Below are positions 18,974 through 27,471 of a DNA stretch of 64,000 bases, piece by piece. A program made the position numbers and the translations under genes. Below the pieces are notes generated by a model, which had not been told where the DNA came from, did no database searches, and saw only the letters and a program-made list of their open reading frames with translations. Numbering within the stretch: position 1 is the stretch's first letter; each line of letters starts with the position of its first letter. The DNA comes from an uncultured Gammaproteobacteria bacterium (lineage in GTDB: Bacteria; Patescibacteriota; Patescibacteriia; S139-126), in contig CAZBLW010000001.1 of NCBI GenBank assembly GCA_964493305.1, forward strand, positions 384,037-448,036, read 5' to 3'.

Positions 18974-20104
18974 ATGAACAGATTCAAAATCTTTTTCGTT
19001 CACGCAGTAATATTTATTTTTACTGTTATTTTATTCAATTTTCCATTTCAAGGTTGTAATGACAACTATTCGGATCCGATTTCACCACTTGGTGGTGGTC
19101 AAGATATAACCTTCGATGGTAAGGATATAACCATAACTGGTGTCGGCTTAGGTTACGCTCCTGATTACAATGGTCAAAATAAATTAATGAAAGGTTCTAG
19201 TGAGGACGATATACCATTGTATAAAGATGGTGATAAAGTATATATTGTTTTAACTAATCAGCAAGGGGCTGCAATATATGTTCAAGAGGTAGGTACTTGG
19301 CCAGGAAATAATGGCTTTTATACTTGCCCACCATTTAAAGTAACTTGGGGTGATTATCGAGCCTTTATGGTTATAGGTGGTGAAACCCAAGCATATCCCA
19401 TGTATATTGAAGTAAATTCTTCTGGTTATGTACAACTGACGCAAGTTGTTCACGGTACTACACCTAAGGGTAATGAATATGATTATTTTGTTTTTAGTTT
19501 AGTATCAAAATGTAGTGGTTCTTGTACCAGTATTAAACAAACATATGATAATTTAAATACCCTAATGCCAATTGCACCTTTTGTATCAAATCAAGATGAA
19601 TTAACTAAAAATTTACACAATACTTGGAGTACTGATTTTCCCAATGTAAATCCCCCTTATCCCGAAATGGATTTTTATTGGCAGGGCGCTAATTGTTGTG
19701 ACGAAGATGTAAGATATGTATCTAATTTAAGTGAAGCTGGTGAAGAGTATGTAGGTGGGGAAGGTACGAGATATGTAAACATGACCGAATCTATTTGGAA
19801 CGGATTATGTTTTCACTATCGAGGTATAATGGTTAAAAAAACTGACAAAAATAACAGTTATACCTTAACTGCTTTTAGAACCAGAGAACCACAAAATCCA
19901 CCATTAGGTGTAAGGTTATTAGTTAATAAATTTTTACCCGGTTTACCGCAAAATAATAAATCATTGATTCATCTTTATGATCAAGCCTGGGGTGTAAATG
20001 GCACCTTTTACTATGTTTTTCAGTTTGGCTTGAATCAAACAGGTGGTTTGTTACAAGGTGATGACAATCGTGTTGAAACAATCACATTACATGGTGGCAT
20101 GTAA
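18974..20104 (+). CDS. secreted hypothetical protein, Cys-rich
   Basis: Good SD AAGGAG. Hydrophobic N-terminus. Multiple Cys pairs. Confidence 0.5.
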   Translation: MNRFKIFFVHAVIFIFTVILFNFPFQGCNDNYSDPISPLGGGQDITFDGKDITITGVGLGYAPDYNGQNKLMKGSSEDDIPLYKDGDKVYIVLTNQQGAAIYVQEVGTWPGNNGFYTCPPFKVTWGDYRAFMVIGGETQAYPMYIEVNSSGYVQLTQVVHGTTPKGNEYDYFVFSLVSKCSGSCTSIKQTYDNLNTLMPIAPFVSNQDELTKNLHNTWSTDFPNVNPPYPEMDFYWQGANCCDEDVRYVSNLSEAGEEYVGGEGTRYVNMTESIWNGLCFHYRGIMVKKTDKNNSYTLTAFRTREPQNPPLGVRLLVNKFLPGLPQNNKSLIHLYDQAWGVNGTFYYVFQFGLNQTGGLLQGDDNRVETITLHGGM

Positions 20105-20114
20105 TTTGATCTTA

Positions 20115-20141
20115 ACCAGCCTCAACGTAGGCTGGTTTTTT
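20115..20141 (+). terminator. rho-independent terminator (CCAGCCT-CAACGT-AGGCTGG + T6)
   Basis: Perfect 7-bp stem with T-run. Confidence 0.75.
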
Positions 20142-20313
20142 ATTTATCCACAATTCAAATATTGAATTTTTGAATAAGTTTGTTATTATTTTGCTATGAC
20201 TACAGTAAAGAGTAAATTGTATAGCTTAGTAAATAGCGGACAAATTGCTTTATTTGTCATTATTATTATTATTCTGGCGCGGTAGTCAGCATTTTTTTGA
20301 TAATTTATAATAG

Positions 20314-20340
20314 CTGGCTACAACTTAGCCAGATTTTTTG
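20314..20340 (+). terminator. terminator-like hairpin (CTGGCTA-CAACT-TAGCCAG + ATTTTTTG)
   Basis: Second hairpin plus U-run about 175 nt after the first, bracketing a non-coding segment. Confidence 0.5.
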
Positions 20341-20394
20341 TTTTTGTCCCTTAACAAACAATCATTTACCAATCAATCATTTAAGGAGGTTCTT

Positions 20395-20589
20395 ATGAAT
20401 AACCCAACCACTAACCAATTGTCTAAGCATGTTTTTTTAGAAACAAAACCCAAGGAGGAAGTAACAAAAGAAAAGGAAGAATACCGACAGTATTTAGAAA
20501 AGCACAATTTTACGGAAATGAATTTTCCTTTCACATCTTTTTTAAGAAAAAATGAACCAAATGTTGGTTTTGAAGGAGGAGCGATATGA
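20395..20589 (+). CDS. small charged hypothetical protein, 64 aa
   Basis: Strong SD AGGAGG 5 nt before the ATG. The ORF-track start at 20338 is likely too far upstream. Confidence 0.4.
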   Translation: MNNPTTNQLSKHVFLETKPKEEVTKEKEEYRQYLEKHNFTEMNFPFTSFLRKNEPNVGFEGGAI

Positions 20590-20762
20590 GTAAAGATAAA
20601 TTGAATGCTGATGAATCAGCGGAAACCAAAGAGAGTGACTTTATTGCTCATTATATTGAAAAACAATTTATTTTTACCCCCCAAAAACCCCTTGATAAAA
20701 AAGAAGAACATTTACAGATGTTACTCAATAAAGAACCTGAAAAAAAGCAGTATTTTGCTTAA
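20586..20762 (+). CDS. small hypothetical protein, 58 aa (MSKDKLNADESAETKESDF...)
   Basis: ATGA overlap with the upstream small ORF. SD GAAGGAGGAG. Terminator immediately after. Not in the ORF track. Confidence 0.4.
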   Translation: MSKDKLNADESAETKESDFIAHYIEKQFIFTPQKPLDKKEEHLQMLLNKEPEKKQYFA

Positions 20763-20769
20763 ACACCAA

Positions 20770-20796
20770 CCCCGTTTAAATAAACGGGGTTTTTCT
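20770..20796 (+). terminator. rho-independent terminator (CCCCGTTT-AAAT-AAACGGGG + T-run)
   Basis: 8-bp stem followed by TTTTTCTTTT. Confidence 0.75.
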
Positions 20797-20801
20797 TTTG
20801 C

Positions 20802-20829
20802 TTGACATCGTATTTTAATGTGTTACAAT
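20802..20829 (+). promoter_or_regulatory. sigma70-type promoter TTGACA-N16-TGtTACAAT (extended -10) for rplJ-rplL
   Basis: Near-consensus -35 and extended -10, about 140 nt upstream of rplJ. Confidence 0.6.
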
Positions 20830-20835
20830 ATTTTT

Positions 20836-20967
20836 ACACCGCAGACAATAGGTTCTATATTGATTAATGCAAGTTTTTGCGCCTATCGAGGTCACAATCC
20901 TTTTTTTGGATCTAGGTCGAGTACCAAGTAAAAGTCTGCGTTTTAACGCAGTTTTTTGTTTATATTT
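20836..20967 (+). promoter_or_regulatory. rplJ (L10) leader with terminator-like attenuator hairpin at 20936-20957
   Basis: About 130-nt 5-prime UTR. CTGCGTT-TTAA-AACGCAG plus TTTTTTG sits just upstream of the rplJ start. This is consistent with L10(L12)4 autoregulatory leaders. Confidence 0.4.
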
Positions 20968-21492
20968 ATGGCTAAAACTAAACAACAAAAAGAACAAGAA
21001 GTAAAAGATTTAACTGATAAATTAGCTCAGGCTAAAGCAGTTGTTTTTGCTTCTTACAATAGTTTAACAGTAAGTCAAACTGAAGATTTACGTAAAAGTC
21101 TACGCCAGACCGGATCAGAGTTGAAAATGGCCAAGAAAAACCTGTTAAAGTTGGCATTACAAAACAATAAATTTACCGACGATATAGTTGATAATTTTAC
21201 TGGTTCAGTTACTGTGGCCTTTGGTTTTGATGATGAAATTGCTCCGGCTAAAATTTTGGCTAAATTTTCTAAAACCAATGAAGCCATGCAGATATTTGGT
21301 GGTATTTTAGAAAATAAATTTATTGAGTCAAACCGGGTTCAAGCCTTAGCTACTTTGCCAAGTAAAGAAGAATTACTGGCCAAATTAGTAGGTAGTATTA
21401 ATGCGCCGGTTTCCGGAGTAGTTAATGTTTTGGCAGGTAATTTACGTAATTTAGTTTTTGTACTAAACGCAATTAAAACAACTAAAAATTAA
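20968..21492 (+). CDS. rplJ: 50S ribosomal protein L10
   Basis: L10 N-terminal conservation. Start refined to the ATG at 20968 (ORF track uses TTG at 20956). Confidence 0.9.
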   Translation: MAKTKQQKEQEVKDLTDKLAQAKAVVFASYNSLTVSQTEDLRKSLRQTGSELKMAKKNLLKLALQNNKFTDDIVDNFTGSVTVAFGFDDEIAPAKILAKFSKTNEAMQIFGGILENKFIESNRVQALATLPSKEELLAKLVGSINAPVSGVVNVLAGNLRNLVFVLNAIKTTKN

Positions 21493-21502
21493 TATTAATA
21501 AT

Positions 21503-21904
21503 ATGAGTGAAGAAAAAAAAGTAGAAGTACCAGAAAAATTTAAAAAACTGGTAGAGGAAATAGAAAAAATGTCAGTTCTTGACCTATCAGAATTGGTCAA
21601 AGTATTGGAAGATAAATTTGGCGTTTCTGCTGCTGCCCCTATAGCTGTTGCTGCTGCTGGAGCAGCCGGAGCTGGTGAAGCAGCTGAAGAAAAAACTGAT
21701 TTTACAGTTGAGTTGACTGCAGCGGGTGAAAATAAAATTGGTGTAATCAAGGTTGTTAGAGAAGTTACTCAGTTAGGTTTGAAAGAAGCCAAAGATTTAG
21801 TAGATGGCGCACCTAAAGTTTTGAAAGAAGGTGTTAAAAAAGAAGAGGCAGAAGAAATGAAAAAGAAATTAGAGGAAGCTGGTGCCAGTGTCAATTTAAA
21901 ATAA
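21503..21904 (+). CDS. rplL: 50S ribosomal protein L7/L12
   Basis: Ala-rich hinge. C-terminal domain [23 protein letters not shown]. Confidence 0.9.
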   Translation: MSEEKKVEVPEKFKKLVEEIEKMSVLDLSELVKVLEDKFGVSAAAPIAVAAAGAAGAGEAAEEKTDFTVELTAAGENKIGVIKVVREVTQLGLKEAKDLVDGAPKVLKEGVKKEEAEEMKKKLEEAGASVNLK

Positions 21905-21918
21905 GTCTAAAAAAAAAT

Positions 21919-21946
21919 TACCCTGCTTGTGCAGGGTAATTTTTTA
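21919..21946. terminator. bidirectional terminator (CCCTGC-TTGT-GCAGGG, A-run/T-run)
   Basis: Between convergent rplL and the 711-aa minus-strand gene. Confidence 0.7.
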
Positions 21947-24079
21947 TTCTTCAACTAATAGTTCATAAATATTATTTTGATCTATCAGATATATCAAGCG
22001 TTTATTATTTTCTTTGGTTTGGCTAACTGCTAGACCAGTTATTTGTTTTAATTGATCAGCTTGGTACTGTTTTACCAATTTACCATCTTTATTTAGGATT
22101 ACAATTCTTTTATTATCATTATCTAATAAATATAAAGCCGGTAAATCATTTTTTGTTAATAATTGGTTAACAGTTCTAATCATTGGGTCAATTGTTTCAA
22201 CTGAAAATTCCTGTTTTTGTCCGCGGATAAATTTATTTAATTGACCCTGATCGTGCCAGGTGTAAATGGCACCATCAATTGCTAATTTAGTAATCCTACC
22301 AAAATCATTGTCACCTAACCAGACTTGTCCAGATAAATAATTGTTGTTACTGCGATTATAGCGGACAATATGATTGTTTTCTCCTGATACTAAATAAAGA
22401 TTATTATTATAACTGGCAGCAGTAACCGGGGGGTTGGTGGCGTTCCAATTAAAATTTATTTGTTCCCACTGGTTATCAGTTACGGTGTACTGATAAATAG
22501 TATTGTTGTTAAAATATACCAGTAAATTATTCTGCTCAGGAATCAAATATAAAGGGGATGATTCGGGTAGGTTGGTGGCAGCAATATCGCGATTAGTTAG
22601 ATTGAGTCGAAATAAAGATTTGTTAGTTAAAATAAATAAATTATTTTCAATAATATCTAAGCCACCGTTTACTAAGTTTTCGCTAGTAATATTGGCTACA
22701 TTGATAAGTGTGGTTAGGTTGTTTAGGTTGACCAATTTATTTGCCTCTGACATTAATTCATTATTTTTATCCAACAATTGTTGGTTTATTGTTTCTCGAT
22801 CAGTATTATTTTTAGGCAGACTATAAATTGTATTTAGTGCTTCGCCCAGTAATTTTCTAGCTTTTTGATTGTCGCCATATATTATGGAAGCTTGTGCCTC
22901 ACTGTGTAGGTTGTTGATTTTCACCACCGTTTCGTCATAATATTCTGTGCTAATTTGGGTATTCTTACTAAAGCCCATAATAGAAAGATTAACCAGTAAT
23001 GCGAGAATAAGAACCAATGCTATGGCTAACAAAAATTTACTCAAACCAGACAGCAATTTAATTTTTGTTTGAAACTGTTTCAATGAAAATATAAAATTGT
23101 TGGGGAGATTTTTTAAAATAGAGAATACGTTTTCTTTTTTGTGTTTAATTTTACGGTTAATATTTACAATATCAGAAGGTAAATCCTTAAATTTTTTCAC
23201 ATAGTTATTGAAATAACTAACCTTTTGGTTGTCATTATTGTAGACCAGCTTTTTTTTGTTGGGAGAGTAGATGTTTTTAATTTTGTTGGTCCAACCAGAA
23301 AAATCAGGTAAATATTTGGGATGAAGATATTTTTGAGTTTCTGCAGATTTAACTTCTAAACTTTTAATAGTGTCATTGGCTGAAAGATTTATTTTTTTGT
23401 TATCAATATCATTTTTAATCGTATCAATTACCGGATTGGTGAGTACCAGACCAGACAAATTTTGATTGATTAGTTGATTATTAATTAGTTGTTCAATCTG
23501 ACTAGCAATATTTTGTATAGGCAATAAATTAAATATATTTTTTATATTGTCTGTACTTAAATAATCAAAAACAGCCTGGTTGACCAGGGCAATACGACTA
23601 AATTTATCAATCGGGCCAGAGTAGATTTGATCAAAAAATTTTTTGCCAGGAATATATAAATTTGCAGAGACTTGTTTAACAACATCAACGTAATTTTTTT
23701 GTCTCAATAAAAGTAGATGATTGCTACCGTAGTTGGCAAAATGCAATTGCTGATCAAAAATTAAGCCGACGGTAAGATTTATTTTTTTTGACCAAATATT
23801 TTGTTCTTTAAAAATAACCGTAAATTCTAAATTGAATTCATTTAATACCTTTTCAAAACAACCTAAAGGATCAGCAATATCTTGTCTTAAAAAATAGTTA
23901 TCACTTAAGTTGTTGAATAATTGTTGAATTTTTTGTTGCCAATGAGCGGGTAGGGTACTATCAATACCAAATATTAAATAACCTAACTCTGTCAGTTCTG
24001 GCTGGTTTTTATAAAAAAAGCTACAGGTATTATTTGCCTTTGCAGTGGTAATTTGTATAGTATCGCTTTGAAAAATCAT
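21944..24079 (-). CDS. large hypothetical membrane protein (N-terminal cytoplasmic domain, central TM, C-terminal repeat / beta-propeller-like ectodomain)
   Basis: TM segment LLSGLSKFLLAIALVLILALLVNLSIMGF near aa 345. C-terminal Asn/Tyr-rich repeats. No family recognised. Confidence 0.5.
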   Translation of the reverse strand: MIFQSDTIQITTAKANNTCSFFYKNQPELTELGYLIFGIDSTLPAHWQQKIQQLFNNLSDNYFLRQDIADPLGCFEKVLNEFNLEFTVIFKEQNIWSKKINLTVGLIFDQQLHFANYGSNHLLLLRQKNYVDVVKQVSANLYIPGKKFFDQIYSGPIDKFSRIALVNQAVFDYLSTDNIKNIFNLLPIQNIASQIEQLINNQLINQNLSGLVLTNPVIDTIKNDIDNKKINLSANDTIKSLEVKSAETQKYLHPKYLPDFSGWTNKIKNIYSPNKKKLVYNNDNQKVSYFNNYVKKFKDLPSDIVNINRKIKHKKENVFSILKNLPNNFIFSLKQFQTKIKLLSGLSKFLLAIALVLILALLVNLSIMGFSKNTQISTEYYDETVVKINNLHSEAQASIIYGDNQKARKLLGEALNTIYSLPKNNTDRETINQQLLDKNNELMSEANKLVNLNNLTTLINVANITSENLVNGGLDIIENNLFILTNKSLFRLNLTNRDIAATNLPESSPLYLIPEQNNLLVYFNNNTIYQYTVTDNQWEQINFNWNATNPPVTAASYNNNLYLVSGENNHIVRYNRSNNNYLSGQVWLGDNDFGRITKLAIDGAIYTWHDQGQLNKFIRGQKQEFSVETIDPMIRTVNQLLTKNDLPALYLLDNDNKRIVILNKDGKLVKQYQADQLKQITGLAVSQTKENNKRLIYLIDQNNIYELLVEE

Positions 24080-24159
24080 AAAATTAAAGTCGTTTTATAT
24101 TTTAGCTAATATTGACAGTTGTGGCAATGTAAGTTAGGATAAAAATATCTAAAATTATA

Positions 24160-24756
24160 TTGATTATCTTTATACTATTCAATATGCTTGAACAACTATT
24201 TAGTTCAAGAACTAGAGTTAAACTTCTAAAAAAATTCTTATTAAACCCCGAGAGTAAATTTTTTGTTCGCGAATTAACTAGAGAAATAGACGAAAGAATC
24301 AATTCAGTCAGGCGAGAATTAGAAAATCTGGTTAGTATTGGTTTTTTAATTACCTTTAATCAGGAACAAAAAAAGTATTATCAGGTAAATAAAGATTTTT
24401 TATTGTACTCTGAAATTGAAGCATTGATTTTAAAATCCCAAGGTTTAATTGAAGATAAAATTATTGATAAAATCAAAAATTTAAAACCAGTCAAATACTG
24501 TGTTCTAACGGGAAAATTTGTCAATCGTATTGATACCTTAACTGATATTTTGGTAGTCGGGGAAAGAGTGCCATTGGAAAAGTTAAAAAATATTATCAAA
24601 ATTTTAGAAAAAAACTTTGATCAAGAAATAAATTATACTATCCTTTCGCCACTTGAATTTCAAGCTCGCAGTCAGATGACTGATAGATTTATCTACAATA
24701 TTTTAAATGGACCAAAGATTATAGTAGTTGATAAAATATTTCGGGTAAAAAAATGA
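24160..24756 (+). CDS. hypothetical protein with N-terminal winged-helix-like motif
   Basis: LFSSRTRVKLLKKFL resembles the ArsR-type wHTH recognition region. Divergent from the 711-aa gene. Confidence 0.35.
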   Translation: MIIFILFNMLEQLFSSRTRVKLLKKFLLNPESKFFVRELTREIDERINSVRRELENLVSIGFLITFNQEQKKYYQVNKDFLLYSEIEALILKSQGLIEDKIIDKIKNLKPVKYCVLTGKFVNRIDTLTDILVVGERVPLEKLKNIIKILEKNFDQEINYTILSPLEFQARSQMTDRFIYNILNGPKIIVVDKIFRVKK

Positions 24757-25445
24757 TTAGATTGAATCGTTTTATCGCCTCAGCCACCGCCTTATCGCGT
24801 CGTCAGGCTGATAGTTTTATTAAACGAGGTGATATCAGCGTCAATGGTCAAATAATTAAAGATTTAGGTACTCGGATTGGTCCCACTGACCAGGTAAGGT
24901 TGAATGGTGAATTATTAAATCCGTTGAAGAAAGTTTACTATGTTTTAAATAAACCGGTTGGGACAGTGTGTAGTAATCTCAGGCAGTCAAAGCAGAAAAT
25001 TGTTACTGATTTAGTTCCACCGTTTCCGCCCGTTTTTACGGTAGGCAGACTTGATAAAGATACTAGTGGTTTATTGATACTTACCAACGATGGTAATTTA
25101 GCTCAACAACTTACCCATCCTAGTTACCAACAAGAGAAAGAATATCAAGTTACCATCGATAAAAAACTAAAAACCAAAGACAGTGTCAGACTTTTACAAG
25201 GTGTAAAAATCGCCGAACACATAATGAAGTTTGACTCTCTGAGTAATTTCAATTTAACTACTTATCAAGTTATTTTGCACCAAGGTTATAATCGTCAAAT
25301 CCGTAAAATGTTCAATTATCTTGGTTATCAGGTTTTGGCACTTAATCGTATTAGGATAGGTAAATTTATTCTCAAGGATTTACCCGTTGGTCATTACCTT
25401 AATCTTAGTACCAAAGATGTTAATAAGTATTTTTCTAAAGTATGA
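24753..25445 (+). CDS. rRNA pseudouridine synthase, RsuA/RluB family
   Basis: N-terminal S4 domain. Catalytic GRLDKDTSGLLILTNDG. Confidence 0.8.
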   Translation: MIRLNRFIASATALSRRQADSFIKRGDISVNGQIIKDLGTRIGPTDQVRLNGELLNPLKKVYYVLNKPVGTVCSNLRQSKQKIVTDLVPPFPPVFTVGRLDKDTSGLLILTNDGNLAQQLTHPSYQQEKEYQVTIDKKLKTKDSVRLLQGVKIAEHIMKFDSLSNFNLTTYQVILHQGYNRQIRKMFNYLGYQVLALNRIRIGKFILKDLPVGHYLNLSTKDVNKYFSKV

Positions 25446-25849
25446 TCCTACTAATCAATACCAGTAAATTTGACCAAATAGAGTTAGCTTTAGTACAAGC
25501 TGATCAGGTTATAAATGAGTTAACCGTTGAGGCTAGATTTGCTCATCAAGAAAAACTTATTAAATCAATAGCGGAATTATTTAAACAAAGTAAAGTACAA
25601 CCCACCAAGCTAATAGGGATAATTGTGGTTAGGGGAGAGGGTAGTTTTTCCGCCTTGCGTATTGGCCTAGCTGTAGCTAATACCATGGCTTGGCAGTTAG
25701 CCATTCCAATTGTTGGGGTAACCAATGACAAATTTAAAAATTGTTCAGAGTTATATCAACTAGGCAAAAAGTTATTAGCAAAACAAACCAGTTTTAATTT
25801 GGTTTTACCAGTTTACGGTCAGGCGCCCAATATTAATATAAAGAAATGA
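25442..25849 (+). CDS. tsaB: tRNA t6A biosynthesis protein TsaB-like (short, N-terminal domain only)
   Basis: GEGSFSALRIGLAVANTMAW motif. At 135 aa it is shorter than canonical TsaB. Confidence 0.55.
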   Translation: MILLINTSKFDQIELALVQADQVINELTVEARFAHQEKLIKSIAELFKQSKVQPTKLIGIIVVRGEGSFSALRIGLAVANTMAWQLAIPIVGVTNDKFKNCSELYQLGKKLLAKQTSFNLVLPVYGQAPNINIKK

Positions 25850-26346
25850 AATTTAAAAATAGTTTAACCGGTCAAAAAATTAAATTACAATTTCCCAAAC
25901 CCGGAGATGCAAAATTAGTAGTTAAAAAAATTAATTTTAAAACCATTGCCCGTTGGACAAGTAATATTCCATATCCCTATAAATTGGCTGATGCTAAAAA
26001 GTTTATTATTAAACAAAAGATAAATCGAAAAAAAGGCAGTGATCTGGTGTATTTTATTTTTGATAAAAACAATTCTGATTTAATTGGTGGTATTGGCTTG
26101 CATCATTTGGACAAAAAAAATCATAAAGCTGAACTTGGTTATTGGTTAACGCCACAGCGCTGGGGCGAGGGACTAACCAGTGAGGCGGTTAGTTTGTTGG
26201 TAGATTATGGTTTTAAAAGTCTGGCTTTAGTTCGTATTTATGCTGTTTGTTTTTCAGTCAATTTAGCCTCCAAGAAAGTACTGGAGAAAAATGGTTTTAT
26301 ATTTGAAGGTGTTGAACTAAAATCTTTATATAAAGATGGTAAATGA
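25846..26346 (+). CDS. GNAT-family N-acetyltransferase (RimI/RimJ-like)
   Basis: GNAT acetyl-CoA motif RWGEGLTSEAV. The position after tsaB matches the conserved tsaB-rimI arrangement. Confidence 0.6.
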   Translation: MKFKNSLTGQKIKLQFPKPGDAKLVVKKINFKTIARWTSNIPYPYKLADAKKFIIKQKINRKKGSDLVYFIFDKNNSDLIGGIGLHHLDKKNHKAELGYWLTPQRWGEGLTSEAVSLLVDYGFKSLALVRIYAVCFSVNLASKKVLEKNGFIFEGVELKSLYKDGK

Positions 26347-26415
26347 CATGATTTGTTACGCTTTGCTATTATAAAAAATAAACAAAGATAATTAGGATTG
26401 CTAAGTTGATTGATA

Positions 26416-26443
26416 AAAAGAAATGTTTTGACATTTCTTTTTT
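26416..26443 (+). terminator. rho-independent terminator (AAAAGAAATG-TTTTGA-CATTTCTTTT)
   Basis: Hairpin plus T-run. Confidence 0.6.
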
Positions 26444-26496
26444 GTTGTGATTAAGTGAGTAAATTCGAAATTTTACAAATTAATACGGAGGAAATA

Positions 26497-27243
26497 ATGG
26501 AAAAATTAGTATTGCCTAAAATTGATCTGTTGGCAGATTTTTTTGCTGACATAGAAGTTGGTATGAAAAGATCAATTAGGTGGAAAAAATTTTATCAACA
26601 AGGTTTGTTTCGTAAACAAACTTCATGGGATCACGCTGGTTGTGATATAAATTTATTGACCCTAATAGTTGGTCAGCATCTGCAACAATATTATCCAGGT
26701 TTAAATCTGTTTGCTTTACTGGCTTGCGCTACTTTGCACGATTTGGGTGAAGCAATGTTACAGCCTGGAGATATTGGCGATATTGCTTGGCCGGAAAAAC
26801 AAAAAAATAATGGCCATCAAAAAAAAGAATGGCAAATATTCAAAAGACATTTTAATCATTTTTCTGATTATCAGGATATATTATTGGCTTTTTTAGCACC
26901 CTATTATTTATTGCAATACAGTAATAAAGAATTAGTAGATTTATTAACTACTGATCAAAAAATTAGCGGTTTAGTTTTCAGAGGTGATGAAATGTATTTA
27001 GAAAAGAAAATTTTTGTGGCGATTGAAAGGTTGCTTTATATAATTGATGCTGCCAGGGAATATCATCAACATCCGATTAAATCTTTACCTGTTTATTTAA
27101 CTATCTTAAAACAACAGGATCAATATTTATTGAATTTTGCCAAAGAAATTAAGGGATTTGATTTTTTTTATTCAAAATCTGACCATGATAAATTCCAAAA
27201 TTTTTTAACAAAATATCATAAGACCAGAAAAATAAAAGTCTAA
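26497..27243 (+). CDS. HD-domain phosphohydrolase-like protein
   Basis: H...HD motif (ATLHDLGE). Start refined to the ATG at 26497, preceded by GGAGG. The ORF track starts at 26455. Confidence 0.45.
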   Translation: MEKLVLPKIDLLADFFADIEVGMKRSIRWKKFYQQGLFRKQTSWDHAGCDINLLTLIVGQHLQQYYPGLNLFALLACATLHDLGEAMLQPGDIGDIAWPEKQKNNGHQKKEWQIFKRHFNHFSDYQDILLAFLAPYYLLQYSNKELVDLLTTDQKISGLVFRGDEMYLEKKIFVAIERLLYIIDAAREYHQHPIKSLPVYLTILKQQDQYLLNFAKEIKGFDFFYSKSDHDKFQNFLTKYHKTRKIKV

Positions 27244-27269
27244 ATTACAATTTATTTTTTCCACATATT

Positions 27270-27295
27270 ATGCACCGTAAAACGGTGCATTTTTA
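27270..27295 (+). terminator. rho-independent terminator (ATGCACCG-TAAAA-CGGTGCAT + T-run)
   Basis: 8-bp stem followed by TTTTATTTTT. Confidence 0.7.
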
Positions 27296-27348
27296 TTTTT
27301 CTTAATATTTATTTATTTTTTTTGCTTAATATTAGGGTAGAGCAGTGG

Positions 27349-27377
27349 TTGATTTTTTCGTCTAGGTGGGGTATAAT
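27349..27377 (+). promoter_or_regulatory. putative mraZ promoter TTGATT-N17-TATAAT
   Basis: -35-like TTGATT at 27349 and a perfect TATAAT at 27372. Confidence 0.45.
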
Positions 27378-27435
27378 GTTTATAGAGGGTGAAAAGTGGA
27401 TAAAAGTGGGGATAAGTCACCAGAATAGTGGATAA
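27366..27435 (+). promoter_or_regulatory. MraZ-box-like direct repeats (GTGGGG / AGTGGATAA / AGTGGGGATAA / AGTGGATAA)
   Basis: Four GTGG(G/A) repeats at 27366, 27396, 27406 and 27428, with 10- and 22-bp phasing. They overlap or lie downstream of the putative mraZ promoter. Confidence 0.5.
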
Positions 27436-27471
27436 CCCACCTTTAAATTTTATATATTATTATATTTTTTA

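Noticed and set aside
20605-20805. 66-aa ORF (MLMNQRKPKRV...) from the ORF track
   Set aside because: A different frame of the same region has an SD-preceded, ATGA-coupled 58-aa ORF (20586-20762). This frame runs through the terminator and into the promoter.
21463-21750. 95-aa Ala/Ser-rich minus-strand ORF
   Set aside because: It is the antisense of the Ala-rich hinge of rplL, an artefact of GCN-rich sequence.
25442-25849. TsaB possibly a truncated pseudogene
   Set aside because: The ORF is intact and translationally coupled on both sides (ATGA overlaps). Short TsaB-like N-domain proteins occur in reduced genomes. There is no frameshift evidence.
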